Assembly: GCA_963844865.1 (NCBI GenBank)
Contig: CAWJPY010000008.1
Span: 48,959 to 112,958, forward strand
Direction: 5' to 3'
Length of the DNA: 64,000 bases
Origin: an uncultured Holophagae bacterium
GTDB taxonomy: Bacteria; Acidobacteriota; Thermoanaerobaculia; Thermoanaerobaculales; Sulfomarinibacteraceae
Below are positions 40,713 to 53,084 of this stretch, piece after piece. A program made the position numbers and the translations under genes. Under the pieces are notes generated by a model. That model saw only the letters and a program-made list of their open reading frames with translations. It did not search any database and was not told where the DNA came from. How positions within the stretch are numbered: position 1 is the first letter of the stretch; the number at the start of each line of letters is the position of its first letter.

Positions 40713-42710
40713 ATGACAGGACACATCTTCCGCGTTGGCTCGATTGTCGTGGCGCTCTGGGCGGTCCTCGCGATTCCGGCGACGGCCGAAGAGGATCCGG
40801 ACACGATGGAACGGCTGCGGCTGTTGGAGATCATGAGGACTGCGAGGCCTGCGCCAAACCCGCCTTCCGTCGAGGGCTTCTCCCCGCTGGAGACCGACTC
40901 ACCCGAGCAGCGGGCCACCATCCAGTACGATCCCGCCTCGGGGACCGAGACGGTGCTGCCCGCCTCCGCGACGGATGCGGGAGAGCAACCTCTGTGGGAC
41001 GGTCCCGGGGCGGGGGCGGGTGTGGGATTCGAAGACCCGGAGGGCTGGGACCTCACCGTCGAGGGCACGACGCCCACGCCGCCCACTGCACATCCGGACA
41101 ACACCGCCTCCCCGTGGAACACCATCCACAAGCTGCTGATGCGGTTCAACGTCGGCGGTACGGACTACTACTACGTGTGCAGCGGCTGGGCGGCGGGCTC
41201 GTTCCACGTGGTCACGGCCGGTCACTGCGTCTACAGCTGGGACCCCAACGGCGACGGCAACACCAGCGACAGGACCTGGGCGAGCGAGATCTGGGTCTGG
41301 GCCGGTCAGGGCGACGTGGTGGAGCCGGTGGGGGACCCCAGCATCGCTCCGGACCGGCCCTTCGGAGAGGCGAAGGGGGTCCTCTTCCGGAGCTACACGG
41401 GCTGGACGGACTCCCACAACTTCTCCCATGACTGGGGCGTGATCACCCTGAACCGCCGCGACGGCGACCACACCGGCTGGATGGGCCGCGAGTCGGACTG
41501 CGCGAACTCCCTGAACTTCAGCGGCTATCCCACCGAGACCCCGTACGTCCCGTCGGGGTCGGTGGTGCAGTACTACGGATACGACCCGGACAACGTGGCG
41601 ATCTGTTGGCCCTACACCATCGACCTGGACGCGTACATCTACGGTGGGCACAGCGGTGGCCCCTCGTGGCGCTACGAAGGATCGACCGGGAACAGGTACG
41701 TGGAGGGCATCCACTCCACCTCGAACCGCGTGGGGTCGGCCACCGACACCCGACTGACGAGCGCCAAGCGCTCGAGTCTCGACGGCTGGATGGCCGACGA
41801 CGAAAGCGAACGCCCACCTGTGTCGAGGCCCGACCTCATCGAGTACGACTTCGACGGCAACAACCGCAAGGATCTGCTGACCAATGCGGCGGCCCAGGGC
41901 GAAACGGTCCAGGTCGAGTACAACCTGTTGAACTCCGGCTTCGCCGCCACGGGGACGTTCACCGTCAGCTTCTACCTGTCGACGAACAGAATCATCAGTA
42001 CGTCCGACTCCCTGATCGGAACCAGGAGTCACAGCCTGTCCGCCTGGTCGTTCCTCAACCCCACCACCTCCCTCACCGTGCCGGTGTCGGTCCCGACGGG
42101 CAGCTACTACCTGGGTTGGATCGCCAGCGGTGGCGCCTCCGAGTACACGACCTCCAACAATGCGGTGGTCATCGGCGACGAGACCCTGACGGTCACCCCC
42201 CAGCGGCTCCTGACGGTGACCACGCCCAACGGCGGGGAGAGCTGGCGGATCGGCGACGTGGAGCCCATCACGTGGACGTCCACCAACGTCGGCTCCACCG
42301 TGACGATCGAGCTCAGCCGGAACCTCGGCGGGAGCTGGTCGACGCTCGCGGCGAGCACGCCGAACGACGGCCTGTTCCAGTGGACCGTGACCCCCGACGC
42401 GTCGGCGTCGTGCCTGGTGCGCATCGGCTCGACCGCCTACCCGGCGGTGGCCGACACCAGCAACGGCAGCTTCGCCATCTCCACCTCCTGCGGCTACCCG
42501 GAGGATGTGGTGTTGAGCCACCAGACGGTCAACGGGCCGCTGGCGGTCACGGCCTGCAGCTCGATCACCGCCGGCGACGGATACGTGCTCTCCGGGGGCG
42601 CTGATGTCAGCCTGACGGCGGGGCACGTGGTCGTGCTCGCGAACGGTCTCGCGGTGGAGGCCGGAGCCGCCCTGGTGGCGGCGATCAACGACACGCTCGC
42701 CGGACCGTGA
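40713..42710 (+). CDS. Secreted V8-like (S1) serine protease with CARDB-like, Ig-like and C-terminal beta-stack domains
   Basis: Signal peptide; VVTAGHC, HDWGVI, GGHSGGP triad; TVTTPNGGESW domain. Confidence 0.88.
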   Translation: MTGHIFRVGSIVVALWAVLAIPATAEEDPDTMERLRLLEIMRTARPAPNPPSVEGFSPLETDSPEQRATIQYDPASGTETVLPASATDAGEQPLWDGPGAGAGVGFEDPEGWDLTVEGTTPTPPTAHPDNTASPWNTIHKLLMRFNVGGTDYYYVCSGWAAGSFHVVTAGHCVYSWDPNGDGNTSDRTWASEIWVWAGQGDVVEPVGDPSIAPDRPFGEAKGVLFRSYTGWTDSHNFSHDWGVITLNRRDGDHTGWMGRESDCANSLNFSGYPTETPYVPSGSVVQYYGYDPDNVAICWPYTIDLDAYIYGGHSGGPSWRYEGSTGNRYVEGIHSTSNRVGSATDTRLTSAKRSSLDGWMADDESERPPVSRPDLIEYDFDGNNRKDLLTNAAAQGETVQVEYNLLNSGFAATGTFTVSFYLSTNRIISTSDSLIGTRSHSLSAWSFLNPTTSLTVPVSVPTGSYYLGWIASGGASEYTTSNNAVVIGDETLTVTPQRLLTVTTPNGGESWRIGDVEPITWTSTNVGSTVTIELSRNLGGSWSTLAASTPNDGLFQWTVTPDASASCLVRIGSTAYPAVADTSNGSFAISTSCGYPEDVVLSHQTVNGPLAVTACSSITAGDGYVLSGGADVSLTAGHVVVLANGLAVEAGAALVAAINDTLAGP

Positions 42711-42855
42711 ATGCGCCTTTGCGGTCGCTCTCGGGTGGGCGGGCGGCTCCCCGTCTCCGCGACCCCGCGTTCCTGGCCGACGACACTGAACCTGGCCGAC
42801 GACGACCGCCGCGGATCGCTGTCGCTGACACCGCCCTGACGGGACCTGCCCATGC

Positions 42856-43609
42856 TCAGGAGGCGTGCGGCCCCCAGGTCCAGTACAGGCCCAGGTACGC
42901 GATGGTGTGACTCTCGCCGGCGATCGAGTGCCCCCCGCTGAAGAGAAGGCTGAAGCCGGGGGTGAAGTTGAGGTAGCCGCCGACGTTGGCGACGGTGGAG
43001 CCGCGCCCGTCCACCGTGTCGGCGCCCTCCGAGAAGACCTCCCCACCCAGGGTGAGCTTCTCGTTGAGCTCGCGCTGCAGCAGTGCCCCCCCGAAGGCGT
43101 GGTCGCGCTGGCCGGCAGCGTGATTGATGACCCAGCCGGCACCCGCGTCCACGGTCCACGGCCCCCAGCTCTTCTCTGCCCACAACGGGAGGCGGAACCA
43201 GACCCGGCCGTTGCCCAGTCCCCGCCCCGCGTCGCCCGTGGGCAGCTCCACGAATGGGAAGATGCCCACCTGCGGCCGCCGCTTCGTCTCGTTCAGCAGC
43301 CGCAGCTTGACCCCGGTCTCCACGTCCCCGAGGCCCGAGCCGCGTCCTGCCACCCGCCGGCAGGCTCCACGCCCAGGGCACCACCAGGTGGAGCTGGAGC
43401 TCCGGCGCCGCCCCCAGGTTGAACTCGGCGGCCGGGCCCTGGATGTCGGTCCCGCCCGGACCGTGGTCGGAGGTGGAGAAGAGGTAGGCCTCCCAGTGAT
43501 GGAGCGGCACCGGCACGGGGTCGTCGGTGAGGAACGGCGGTCCGGCGACGGCCGCCCCTCCGGGCACGAGCACGGCTGCCAGCAGGAGAATGGGCACGGG
43601 ATGTCTCAT
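42856..43609 (-). CDS. Outer-membrane beta-barrel (phenol_MetA_deg/transporter-like; frameshift near 43370)
   Basis: Signal peptide; GPPFLTDDPVP, GLGDVETGVK, FPFVELPTG. Confidence 0.7.
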
Positions 43610-43755
43610 GATTCGCTGCGGCGGGCTCGAGGAGGGTCGGGTCTCACTTCGATGACAGACAACAAGCGACGCGTCCCCGTCATGCCGATGGACGAAGTTC
43701 GCTCTGCCCTCCACCACCCGCCACCACCAGGGCCTGCGTACCGAAGCAGGCGACG

Positions 43756-46572
43756 TCAGATCGCGGCGGCGCGCCACACCAGGGCCAGGGTCAGGGCACC
43801 GTAGAGGAGGAAGGCGACCGACCACAGCCAGCGCCGGCGTGGCTCCCCGGATGGTGGCTGCTTCCGGGCGTGGCTGAGGGTGAGGAGGGCCAGCGCGCCG
43901 GCCAGGAGCACGGCCAGGGTCTGCAGCAACGGCAGGGCCGCCGTGTCCAGCCCCAGGGGCGCCCCGGGCAGGGGGCGGTCGATGGCGATCCGGGCGTCGG
44001 CCAGCACCCCGACGTTGCCGAGCTGGTCGGCCATCAGCGCACCCCAGCCCAGGATCATGAGCGCGAACATCCGGCGCACCGTCAGGGCCCCTCCCTCGGC
44101 GCCGGACCGCGCCATGAGCAGTCGGTGCAAGGCCAGGCCGAGGCCGCCGGCCGCGGCCACGATGATCGCCAGGGGCAACGGCCGGGCGAGGACGGGGAAG
44201 GCCCGGGGCAGGAGCAGCGCCGGCGCCATCAGAGAGACCGCCAACGCAAAGGCGGCCACTCCGGAGCTCCGCTCGTCCAACCTCGAGACCGCCACCAGGG
44301 GCGGCCGCACCTGGAGGCTCACCGAACCGTGGGGGCAGCTGAGCAGACAGTCCAGGCAGAGCTTGCACTGGTGAGCCTGGCTGGACTCCAGGGGGTGGTG
44401 GAAGACGGTGCAGCCCGGCACCGTCTCCGTGCCGCGGAAGCAGTCATGGGAGCGGCACGATGAGGCGCACACCTGGCGGCGGGCCGTGAGCTGGAGCGGC
44501 GAGGCCGGGGCCAGCGCCACCGCGAGCCGCCCCAGAGGACACAGGTGGCGACACCAGACCTCGCGCGCGTACACCACGCACGCCGCCACCGAGGCCACCA
44601 CCAACGCGATCAGGAGGAACGACGTGGCGCGGGGGTGCGCGCCCATGTGGAAGGCGCGCTCCGACCACACGACGAGCGCGAAACCGACCACCGACAGGGC
44701 GGGCCCGAAGCGCACGATCCACGCCGGCTGGGGGCGCTCGAGCCCGAACCGGCCCTGGACCGCGCGCCCGGCGCCGGACAGGGGGCACACCGTGCACCAG
44801 AGGGGGCCGGCGAAGAGGAAGAGGGCGAACACGAGGGGCTCCCAGGCCCACCACACCAGACCGTTGGCGGCCCTTGCCGGCGCGCTGGCCGGTAGCGCGA
44901 GGCCGAGGGCCACCACGGCCGTGAAGCCGACGCCCGTCACCCAGCGCAGCAGCCGCACCCCCCGCCGCCGCACCAGCCAGTCCACCAGGCCGCTGGACGT
45001 GACGTCGACGCCGGCCGGGACCTCCTCCTCGCCGCGCCCGCTGAAGATGTGCTCGGCGCGGATGACACCGTCGGGCGCGCAGCGCGCCGCCAGGGTGACC
45101 ACGTCGGCGAGCTCGGCCACGTTGCGGTGCCGGTAGTCGAACGCGAGGAGCGCGTGGCGGCCGCTGTCGCTGAGCCGCGGCGGCTCGTCCCCGAGACGCT
45201 CCAGCATGGACTCGGCCAGGGGGATGATGTCGCGGGGGCGCTCGGCCAGGGGCGGGATGTGGATCAGCTCGCTGATGAAGCACTCCATGAGCCGGCGCTG
45301 GATGAGGGGTGCGCCATCGGGACCACGGATGAGGGTGCGGGCGGTGGCCACCACGCGGGTGTCCGGGAACGTCCCCGGCTGCCTGGCTGCTGCTTCTTCC
45401 AGGTAGGCCGCCAGGTCCTCCTGGACCGCCGCCGGCAGGGTGTCCACGTTGCGCAGCACCAGAGTGCCGCCATGGGCCAGGTGGACGCCGCCGTTCCTTC
45501 TCGGCGCCCCCCGGGCGTCATCGTCATGGGAGCCCAGGATGAGCTCACCGGCCCGCTCGGGGCCGAGCCGGGCGCAGTCGACGGCGATCACCGGCCCGGC
45601 GGCACGGGCCGAGACCTCGTGCAACCGCCGCGCGGCCAGGGTCTTGCCGGTACCTGGCTCGCCGACGATGAGCACCGGGCCGCGCAGCCCGGCGCAACGC
45701 GCGATGCGGGCATTCACCGACCGCATCCTGGCCGATGTGGCGAGCAGGTCTCGGGGCTCCTCCTCGCCCTGCACCAGGCGCGCGATCACGTCCGTACCGT
45801 GGAGGAGGTCGAGGGCGTCGGTGGTTGCGTAGTGGAGGTGGCGGGCCACCCCCCCGAGCAGCTTGTCGCGCAGGGAAGGCGACTCGCCGAGCGCGTGGGA
45901 CAGGGCCGACGCCGGGTAGCGCAGCACCCGGCTCTGGGTGACGGCCACCGCGTCCACCGCGGCGCCCTTCGGGGAGAGCACCGACTCGGCGGCAAACATG
46001 GCCCCCGCGCCGAGGGATGCAAGAGGTCGCCGGCGCGCGTCGTCCTCCTGCAGCACGAGCGCCACCTCGCCGTCCAGCACCGCGTAGAAGGAGTCGTGGC
46101 GCTCGCCGCGGCGGATGATCACCTCCCCGGGCGCGAAGGCGATCTCCTCTCCCGCCGTGCGCAAGAAGCCCAGGGTGTCCACTCCGAGGAGCCCGCCCGA
46201 GCTGGAGATGTGCCCGGAGGCTCGTCTCGGCGCCACCGACTCCAGGACGAAGCTCACCTCGCCCAACCGGAGCTCCTGTCCCACCGCCAGCGGCGTCGGC
46301 GTCGTCACGTGGGCGCCGGCGACCGACACCTCGCCCTCCACTGCGTCCACGACGACCCCACTCTCGCCGGCGTGGACGACGGCGTGGAGGGGCCGGATGC
46401 TCGGGTGCTGGATGCGCAGGTCCGCCTCGGGTCCGCTGCCGATGCGGAGGCTCTCGCATCCGAAGGCGACGGGCTCGCGAAGCCCACCGGAGCTGGGCTG
46501 CAGCCGCCACCGCACGTCACGGGCCCTGGTCACCGGCTTGGCGCTCCCTTCTCGGCTGTCCCGTCCTTCCAT
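43756..46572 (-). CDS. FHA-like + cNMP-binding + degenerate sigma54-AAA + membrane polyferredoxin fusion
   Basis: Walker A GEPGTGKT; PPLAERPRDI; WCTVCPLSG, WCRHLCPLG, CASSCRSHDC, CKLCLDCLLSCP; multiple TM helices. Confidence 0.85.
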   Translation of the reverse strand: MEGRDSREGSAKPVTRARDVRWRLQPSSGGLREPVAFGCESLRIGSGPEADLRIQHPSIRPLHAVVHAGESGVVVDAVEGEVSVAGAHVTTPTPLAVGQELRLGEVSFVLESVAPRRASGHISSSGGLLGVDTLGFLRTAGEEIAFAPGEVIIRRGERHDSFYAVLDGEVALVLQEDDARRRPLASLGAGAMFAAESVLSPKGAAVDAVAVTQSRVLRYPASALSHALGESPSLRDKLLGGVARHLHYATTDALDLLHGTDVIARLVQGEEEPRDLLATSARMRSVNARIARCAGLRGPVLIVGEPGTGKTLAARRLHEVSARAAGPVIAVDCARLGPERAGELILGSHDDDARGAPRRNGGVHLAHGGTLVLRNVDTLPAAVQEDLAAYLEEAAARQPGTFPDTRVVATARTLIRGPDGAPLIQRRLMECFISELIHIPPLAERPRDIIPLAESMLERLGDEPPRLSDSGRHALLAFDYRHRNVAELADVVTLAARCAPDGVIRAEHIFSGRGEEEVPAGVDVTSSGLVDWLVRRRGVRLLRWVTGVGFTAVVALGLALPASAPARAANGLVWWAWEPLVFALFLFAGPLWCTVCPLSGAGRAVQGRFGLERPQPAWIVRFGPALSVVGFALVVWSERAFHMGAHPRATSFLLIALVVASVAACVVYAREVWCRHLCPLGRLAVALAPASPLQLTARRQVCASSCRSHDCFRGTETVPGCTVFHHPLESSQAHQCKLCLDCLLSCPHGSVSLQVRPPLVAVSRLDERSSGVAAFALAVSLMAPALLLPRAFPVLARPLPLAIIVAAAGGLGLALHRLLMARSGAEGGALTVRRMFALMILGWGALMADQLGNVGVLADARIAIDRPLPGAPLGLDTAALPLLQTLAVLLAGALALLTLSHARKQPPSGEPRRRWLWSVAFLLYGALTLALVWRAAAI

Positions 46573-46698
46573 TGTTCGACCCCGCTCCTCCTCCGTCAAC
46601 CCCTCTCCCCGAGGACCGGCCGAGCCATGCTTTCACGGTGAAATCTCATCCCTCCGCCAGACGCGGGGACGCGCTAGGATGAGAGAGCTGGAGACAGG

Positions 46699-49599
46699 AT
46701 GGTCGAGTCCGAAATCGGTCAGAAGATCGGCCACATCCGCATCGTGGAGGTCCTCGCGCGCGGAGGCATGGGTGACGTCTACGTGGGCGTGGACGAGACC
46801 CTCGAGAGGCGAGTGGCCGTCAAGGCGGTGCGCTCGGAGTTCCGCCTCGCCCCCGAGGCCAAGCAGCGCTTCCTCGCCGAGGCCCGGACCCTCTCCCAGC
46901 TCGACCACCCCAACATCTGTCAGGTGCACGACTTCCTCGAGGGCGACCACTGCGACTACCTGGTCCTGGAGCTGGTGGAGGGCTGCAGCCTGCGCGGGGC
47001 CATCGCCGACGGCCTCAAACCGGCCGAGGCCCTGGCCATCGCTCGCCAGCTCCTGGACGTCCTGGCGGCGGTGCACGAGCGCGGGGTGGTCCACCGCGAC
47101 CTGAAGCCGGACAACGTCATGGTCACCGCGACCAACCAGGTGAAGGTCCTGGACTTCGGCCTCGCCCGCTCGGCGACCGAGGAGGAGCCCGGAGCCCGCT
47201 CGGTCACGGTCGACGCCCTGGTCGGCACCCCGGCCGAGGGCTCGGTGCTGGTCAAGACGCGCCTGGGGACCGTGGTCGGCACCGCCGGCTACATGAGCCC
47301 CGAGCAGGCCCGGGGGGAGCCCGCAACCGCCGCCAGCGACGTCTACGCGGTAGGGCTCATCCTGCAGGAGCTGCTCACCGGCCGCCCAGCTTTCCCCCGC
47401 GAGCTGCCGCCGGCAGCGCTGGTGGAGATGGCGGCCACGGGGCAGTCACTCAGGGCCACCGGCCTCTCCCCGGATCTCGAGCTCTTCATCGAGCGGCTCA
47501 AGAGCCCGGCGCCGGCCGCCCGCCCGTCGGCCCAGGAGGCCGCGCGGGAGCTCGCCGAGATCCTGGCGCGGCCGCGCCGGCGCCGGCGCCGCGTGCTCGC
47601 CGCCTCCCTTGCAGCGCTCGTGCTGCTCGCCGCCGCCGTGCCGCTGTCCCTGTGGTGGCGGGAGCGCGCAAGGGCCGCGGCCCGCGCCTCCCTCGCCCAG
47701 CGCTTCGCGGCCGAGGCCCGGGACGCCGAGTGGCTGATGCGGGTCGCCCACATGCTCCCCCGCCACGACATCCGCCCAGCCAAGGCCGAGGTCCGCCAGC
47801 GCATCGCCGCCCTCCAGGAGGAGATGGAGCGGATCGGCGCCCTCGCCGCCGGCCCCGGCCACTACGCGGTGGGACGCGGCCTGCTCGCCCTGCGGGACTA
47901 CGCTCAGGCGCGTGCCCAGCTCGAGGTGGCGTGGCACGACGGGTACCAGACCCCCGAGGTGGCGTGTGCGCTCGGCACCGCTCTCGGCGGGCTCTACCGC
48001 CAGGAGCTGGAGCTGGCCGGGCGGATCACCGACCCTGCGCAGCGGGAGGCCCGGCGGACGGAGATCGCCCGCAGCCTGGGCCGGCCCGCCCTGGAGTACC
48101 AGCGCCTCGGGCGCGACGCGCGGCTCCTCCCCTCACAGTACGTGGCCGCTTTGATCGCCTTCCACGAGGAGCGCTTCGACGACGCCATCGCCCTGGCCAA
48201 AAAGGCCGCGGCGGCCGTGCCCTGGTTCTACGAGGCGAACCTGATCGCCGCTCGGGGCGAGCTGGAGCTCGGGGAGCGTCGCTACCGTAGGGGCGAGCTC
48301 GACTCCGCCTTCGAGCACTACCAGCGCGCCCTCGACATCCTCGCCGAGGTGAGGAAGGTCGCCCCCAGCGACGCCAGCGGCCACGCCTTCACCGCCAGCG
48401 TCTGGAACGCCATCGCCTTGGTGCGCCTGTACGGCCGCAAGGGTGATGTCGAGGAGGCCGCCACCCACGCCCTGGAGGCCTGCGACGACGCCGAAGCGGT
48501 GGACGCCGAGTCCCTGGCCGCCATCACCGCCCGCTCCACGGCCCACCTGGCGATTGCGGTGGCGCAGGCTCGCCGGAAGCAGCCAAACGCTGACGAGCTG
48601 CGGCTGGCGGAGACCGCGGCCGAGCGCGCCGTCAAGCTCGGTCCGGACTCGACCGTGGCCAACTTCAACCTCGGCTTCCTCCGCGAGCACACGGGGGATC
48701 TGGAGGGCGCCGCGGCCGACTATCGACGAGCTCTCGAGCTGGATCCCTCCTCCGCCCGGATCCACAACAACCTCGGCAACGTCTACCGTCAGCTCGGCAG
48801 GTTCGACGAGGCGACGGCCGAGCTCGAGAAGGCGATCGCCCTCGAGCCGCACCTCATGGTCGCCTACGAGAACCTGGCCAACGTGCTGCTGTACAACACG
48901 GGCCGCATCCGCGAGGGCATCCAGGTTTGCCGCCGCCAGCTCGCGGTCAACGACGACGCCATGTGGGGCCACCTGAAGCTGGCTCAGGCGCTGATGTTCC
49001 TGGGCGACCTGGAGCAGGCTCAGGGCGAGGCGGAGCGCGCACGGGCGATCACCGGGGACGACCCGGACATGCTGTGGACGCTGGTCAGCATCCTGCGGCT
49101 GAAGGGAGCCTACCGGGAGGCTCTGGAACCGCTCCAGCGGTACCTCAAGGTCACCGGCCATGCCACCTGGGGGTACTACCTGCGTGGAGTGATCTACGAC
49201 GACCTCGGAGATACCGCTACGGCCCGGCGCGACTTCGAGACCTTCCTGCGCAAGCAGCGGGAGAGCCTCGAGACAACCCCATCGAGCGACCTGCCGCGCT
49301 ACGGGGTGGCCCTGGGGCTGGCGCGCCTGGGCCGCATCGACGAGGCTCTCGCCGAGGGCCGCAGGGCCCGCGACGCGTGCTCGCGCGGCGAGGATGTGTG
49401 CAGCTTCGACTACGCGCGGGTCCTCGCCGTCTGCGGCCACGAGGACGAGGCGATCACCGAGCTCCGTCGAGCCTTCGAAGCCGGCTACCGCGACCCCATC
49501 TGGACCCGTGCGAACCAGGACTTCGAGAGCCTTGCCGGCGACGAGCGCTTCAACGCGCTGCTGGCAGAGATGACCGCCGCGCCCGACTCCTCCCGCTGA
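46699..49599 (+). CDS. Hanks-type Ser/Thr kinase with TM helix and TPR repeats
   Basis: VAVK, HRDLKPDN, DFG, GTAGYMSPEQ; TM segment near aa 300; TPR-like repeats (HNNLGNVYRQLGRFDEA). Confidence 0.95.
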   Translation: MVESEIGQKIGHIRIVEVLARGGMGDVYVGVDETLERRVAVKAVRSEFRLAPEAKQRFLAEARTLSQLDHPNICQVHDFLEGDHCDYLVLELVEGCSLRGAIADGLKPAEALAIARQLLDVLAAVHERGVVHRDLKPDNVMVTATNQVKVLDFGLARSATEEEPGARSVTVDALVGTPAEGSVLVKTRLGTVVGTAGYMSPEQARGEPATAASDVYAVGLILQELLTGRPAFPRELPPAALVEMAATGQSLRATGLSPDLELFIERLKSPAPAARPSAQEAARELAEILARPRRRRRRVLAASLAALVLLAAAVPLSLWWRERARAAARASLAQRFAAEARDAEWLMRVAHMLPRHDIRPAKAEVRQRIAALQEEMERIGALAAGPGHYAVGRGLLALRDYAQARAQLEVAWHDGYQTPEVACALGTALGGLYRQELELAGRITDPAQREARRTEIARSLGRPALEYQRLGRDARLLPSQYVAALIAFHEERFDDAIALAKKAAAAVPWFYEANLIAARGELELGERRYRRGELDSAFEHYQRALDILAEVRKVAPSDASGHAFTASVWNAIALVRLYGRKGDVEEAATHALEACDDAEAVDAESLAAITARSTAHLAIAVAQARRKQPNADELRLAETAAERAVKLGPDSTVANFNLGFLREHTGDLEGAAADYRRALELDPSSARIHNNLGNVYRQLGRFDEATAELEKAIALEPHLMVAYENLANVLLYNTGRIREGIQVCRRQLAVNDDAMWGHLKLAQALMFLGDLEQAQGEAERARAITGDDPDMLWTLVSILRLKGAYREALEPLQRYLKVTGHATWGYYLRGVIYDDLGDTATARRDFETFLRKQRESLETTPSSDLPRYGVALGLARLGRIDEALAEGRRARDACSRGEDVCSFDYARVLAVCGHEDEAITELRRAFEAGYRDPIWTRANQDFESLAGDERFNALLAEMTAAPDSSR

Positions 49600-49677
49600 T
49601 CCTGCCATCCTGGTCGCGGTCGGCATCATTCCCGGGCGCCGAGCCGTGGCTCCCCCGAGCCCGAGGACCGGCGATGG

Positions 49678-51744
<2,067 letters not shown>

Positions 51745-52015
51745 CAGCACCTCCGCCCCCGGCCGGCGCCGGGATGGTCATGACTCTCCGGACGCCGTGT
51801 CATCCGCTGGCCGGGGAAGCCGATTGGATCGCAGAGATCCGCATTTCGTGTTACTCCGTCTCATGACAACGCGAATGCGCGCCTGCTGCTTTCGCGATGC
51901 ACGTGGCCCGATGCGGCGCGACCCGCCCGGCGCATCCAGCCCCCTACCGCCGTGCCGGGCTGACGACCTCTCCGGTCGGCTGCGCATGTCGCGGCCTCGC
52001 GCCCCTGACGGCGCA

Positions 52016-52402
52016 CTACCGCCCGATGCGGTAGAAGAGGAAGGGGGCGATGCCGATCCACACCAGGACCACGACCCACACCCGTCCGGCCAGCACGTTG
52101 TAGTCGGCCAGCAGCCGCCGCCAGGAGTGCCCGGCCACCCAATGGCCGAAGGAGAACTCGAAGGCCAGGGTGAGGACCACCCACACCAGCCCGATCACGA
52201 CGGCCTCTTTGGCCGAGCGCAGGGGCCACAGAAGGGAGAGCCACCAGATGTAGAGGCCGAACAGCACCAGGCCGGTCAAGGTCGACACCTGGTGGGCGCG
52301 CAGCTCCGGCAGCCGCTTGCCGTAGGTGGTCTCGCGCAGCACCCCGTTGGCGATGCCGATGACCACCATGGGCAGCCAGGCCAGGAGGTAGCGCCCGGTC
52401 AT
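52016..52402 (-). CDS. Hypothetical membrane protein
   Basis: Four TM helices; NGVLRE, AHQVST, FEFSFGH, LLADYN. Confidence 0.75.
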   Translation of the reverse strand: MTGRYLLAWLPMVVIGIANGVLRETTYGKRLPELRAHQVSTLTGLVLFGLYIWWLSLLWPLRSAKEAVVIGLVWVVLTLAFEFSFGHWVAGHSWRRLLADYNVLAGRVWVVVLVWIGIAPFLFYRIGR

Positions 52403-52481
52403 GCCGCCATCTTACGCGGGCGCGGCGCCAGGCTCCCCTGCAGCTGTGCCGGCTGTGATGGCGCCGTGCGCCGTCCAGGGT

Positions 52482-52510
52482 TTGACAGGCCCCGCAGCGG
52501 ACCGCACATT
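52482..52510 (+). promoter_or_regulatory. Sigma70-type promoter
   Basis: TTGACA-N17-CACATT. Confidence 0.55.
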
Positions 52511-52541
52511 GTCTGTGGGCTGACACCGCGAGGAGACCGGG

Positions 52542-52820
52542 ATGTACAGCGTGGGTCACTGCTCCCCCGATTCGCGCGGCAGGCCGCGCAACGCGGGCGT
52601 CGTGGTGCTCGCCGGCTTCCTGCTCGTCCTGATCGTCCTCGCGCCGCCCGTCCTGGGCCTCCTCACAGCCTTGGCCGCCCTCGTCCTTGCGTGCAGCGTG
52701 TTCGGGACCTTCGTCCGCCTCGTCAACAGGGCGAACGAGCTCGCGCGCACCCGTGACCGTACCGGCGCCGCATCCCACGGGCCATCGGGGGATCTCTCGA
52801 CTCGCCCCGCCCTCGACTAG
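52542..52820 (+). CDS. Small hypothetical membrane protein
   Basis: Hydrophobic hairpin; RBS GAGGAG and a consensus -35 upstream. Confidence 0.5.
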   Translation: MYSVGHCSPDSRGRPRNAGVVVLAGFLLVLIVLAPPVLGLLTALAALVLACSVFGTFVRLVNRANELARTRDRTGAASHGPSGDLSTRPALD

Positions 52821-52915
52821 CGCCGAGTGCGGGGCTCGCTCGAGATGACAGGGAGAGCGGCGCATCGTCGCCGGGCCGGCACTCGGCGGACCGAGCATCC
52901 GGCTCGGGATGACAG
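52820..52915. repeat. Palindromic intergenic element
   Basis: CGCCGAGTGC/GCACTCGGCG inverted pair; GCTCGAGATGACAG and GCTCGGGATGACAG direct pair. Confidence 0.55.
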
Positions 52916-53084
52916 GCGGATCGGGCCGGCGGGCCGGCTCGGGATCCCGTGTCGTTCCCTGTGGCGGCGGCCCGCCGGAACGTGACGCGAACGTGGTGCG
53001 GGCGGCCGCCTCACTGGCGGGCGGGGGCTTTGCGCCTCCGCCCCTCTGCGTTTGTGCGTTCCTTCTTCGTGGGGGGGCGGGGCC

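Noticed and set aside
43756-46572. Functional sigma54 transcriptional activator
   Set aside because: GAFTGA loop, Walker B acidic residues and DNA-binding HTH are all absent
51745-52015. Riboswitch upstream of hppA
   Set aside because: No recognisable consensus by eye; needs an Rfam cmscan
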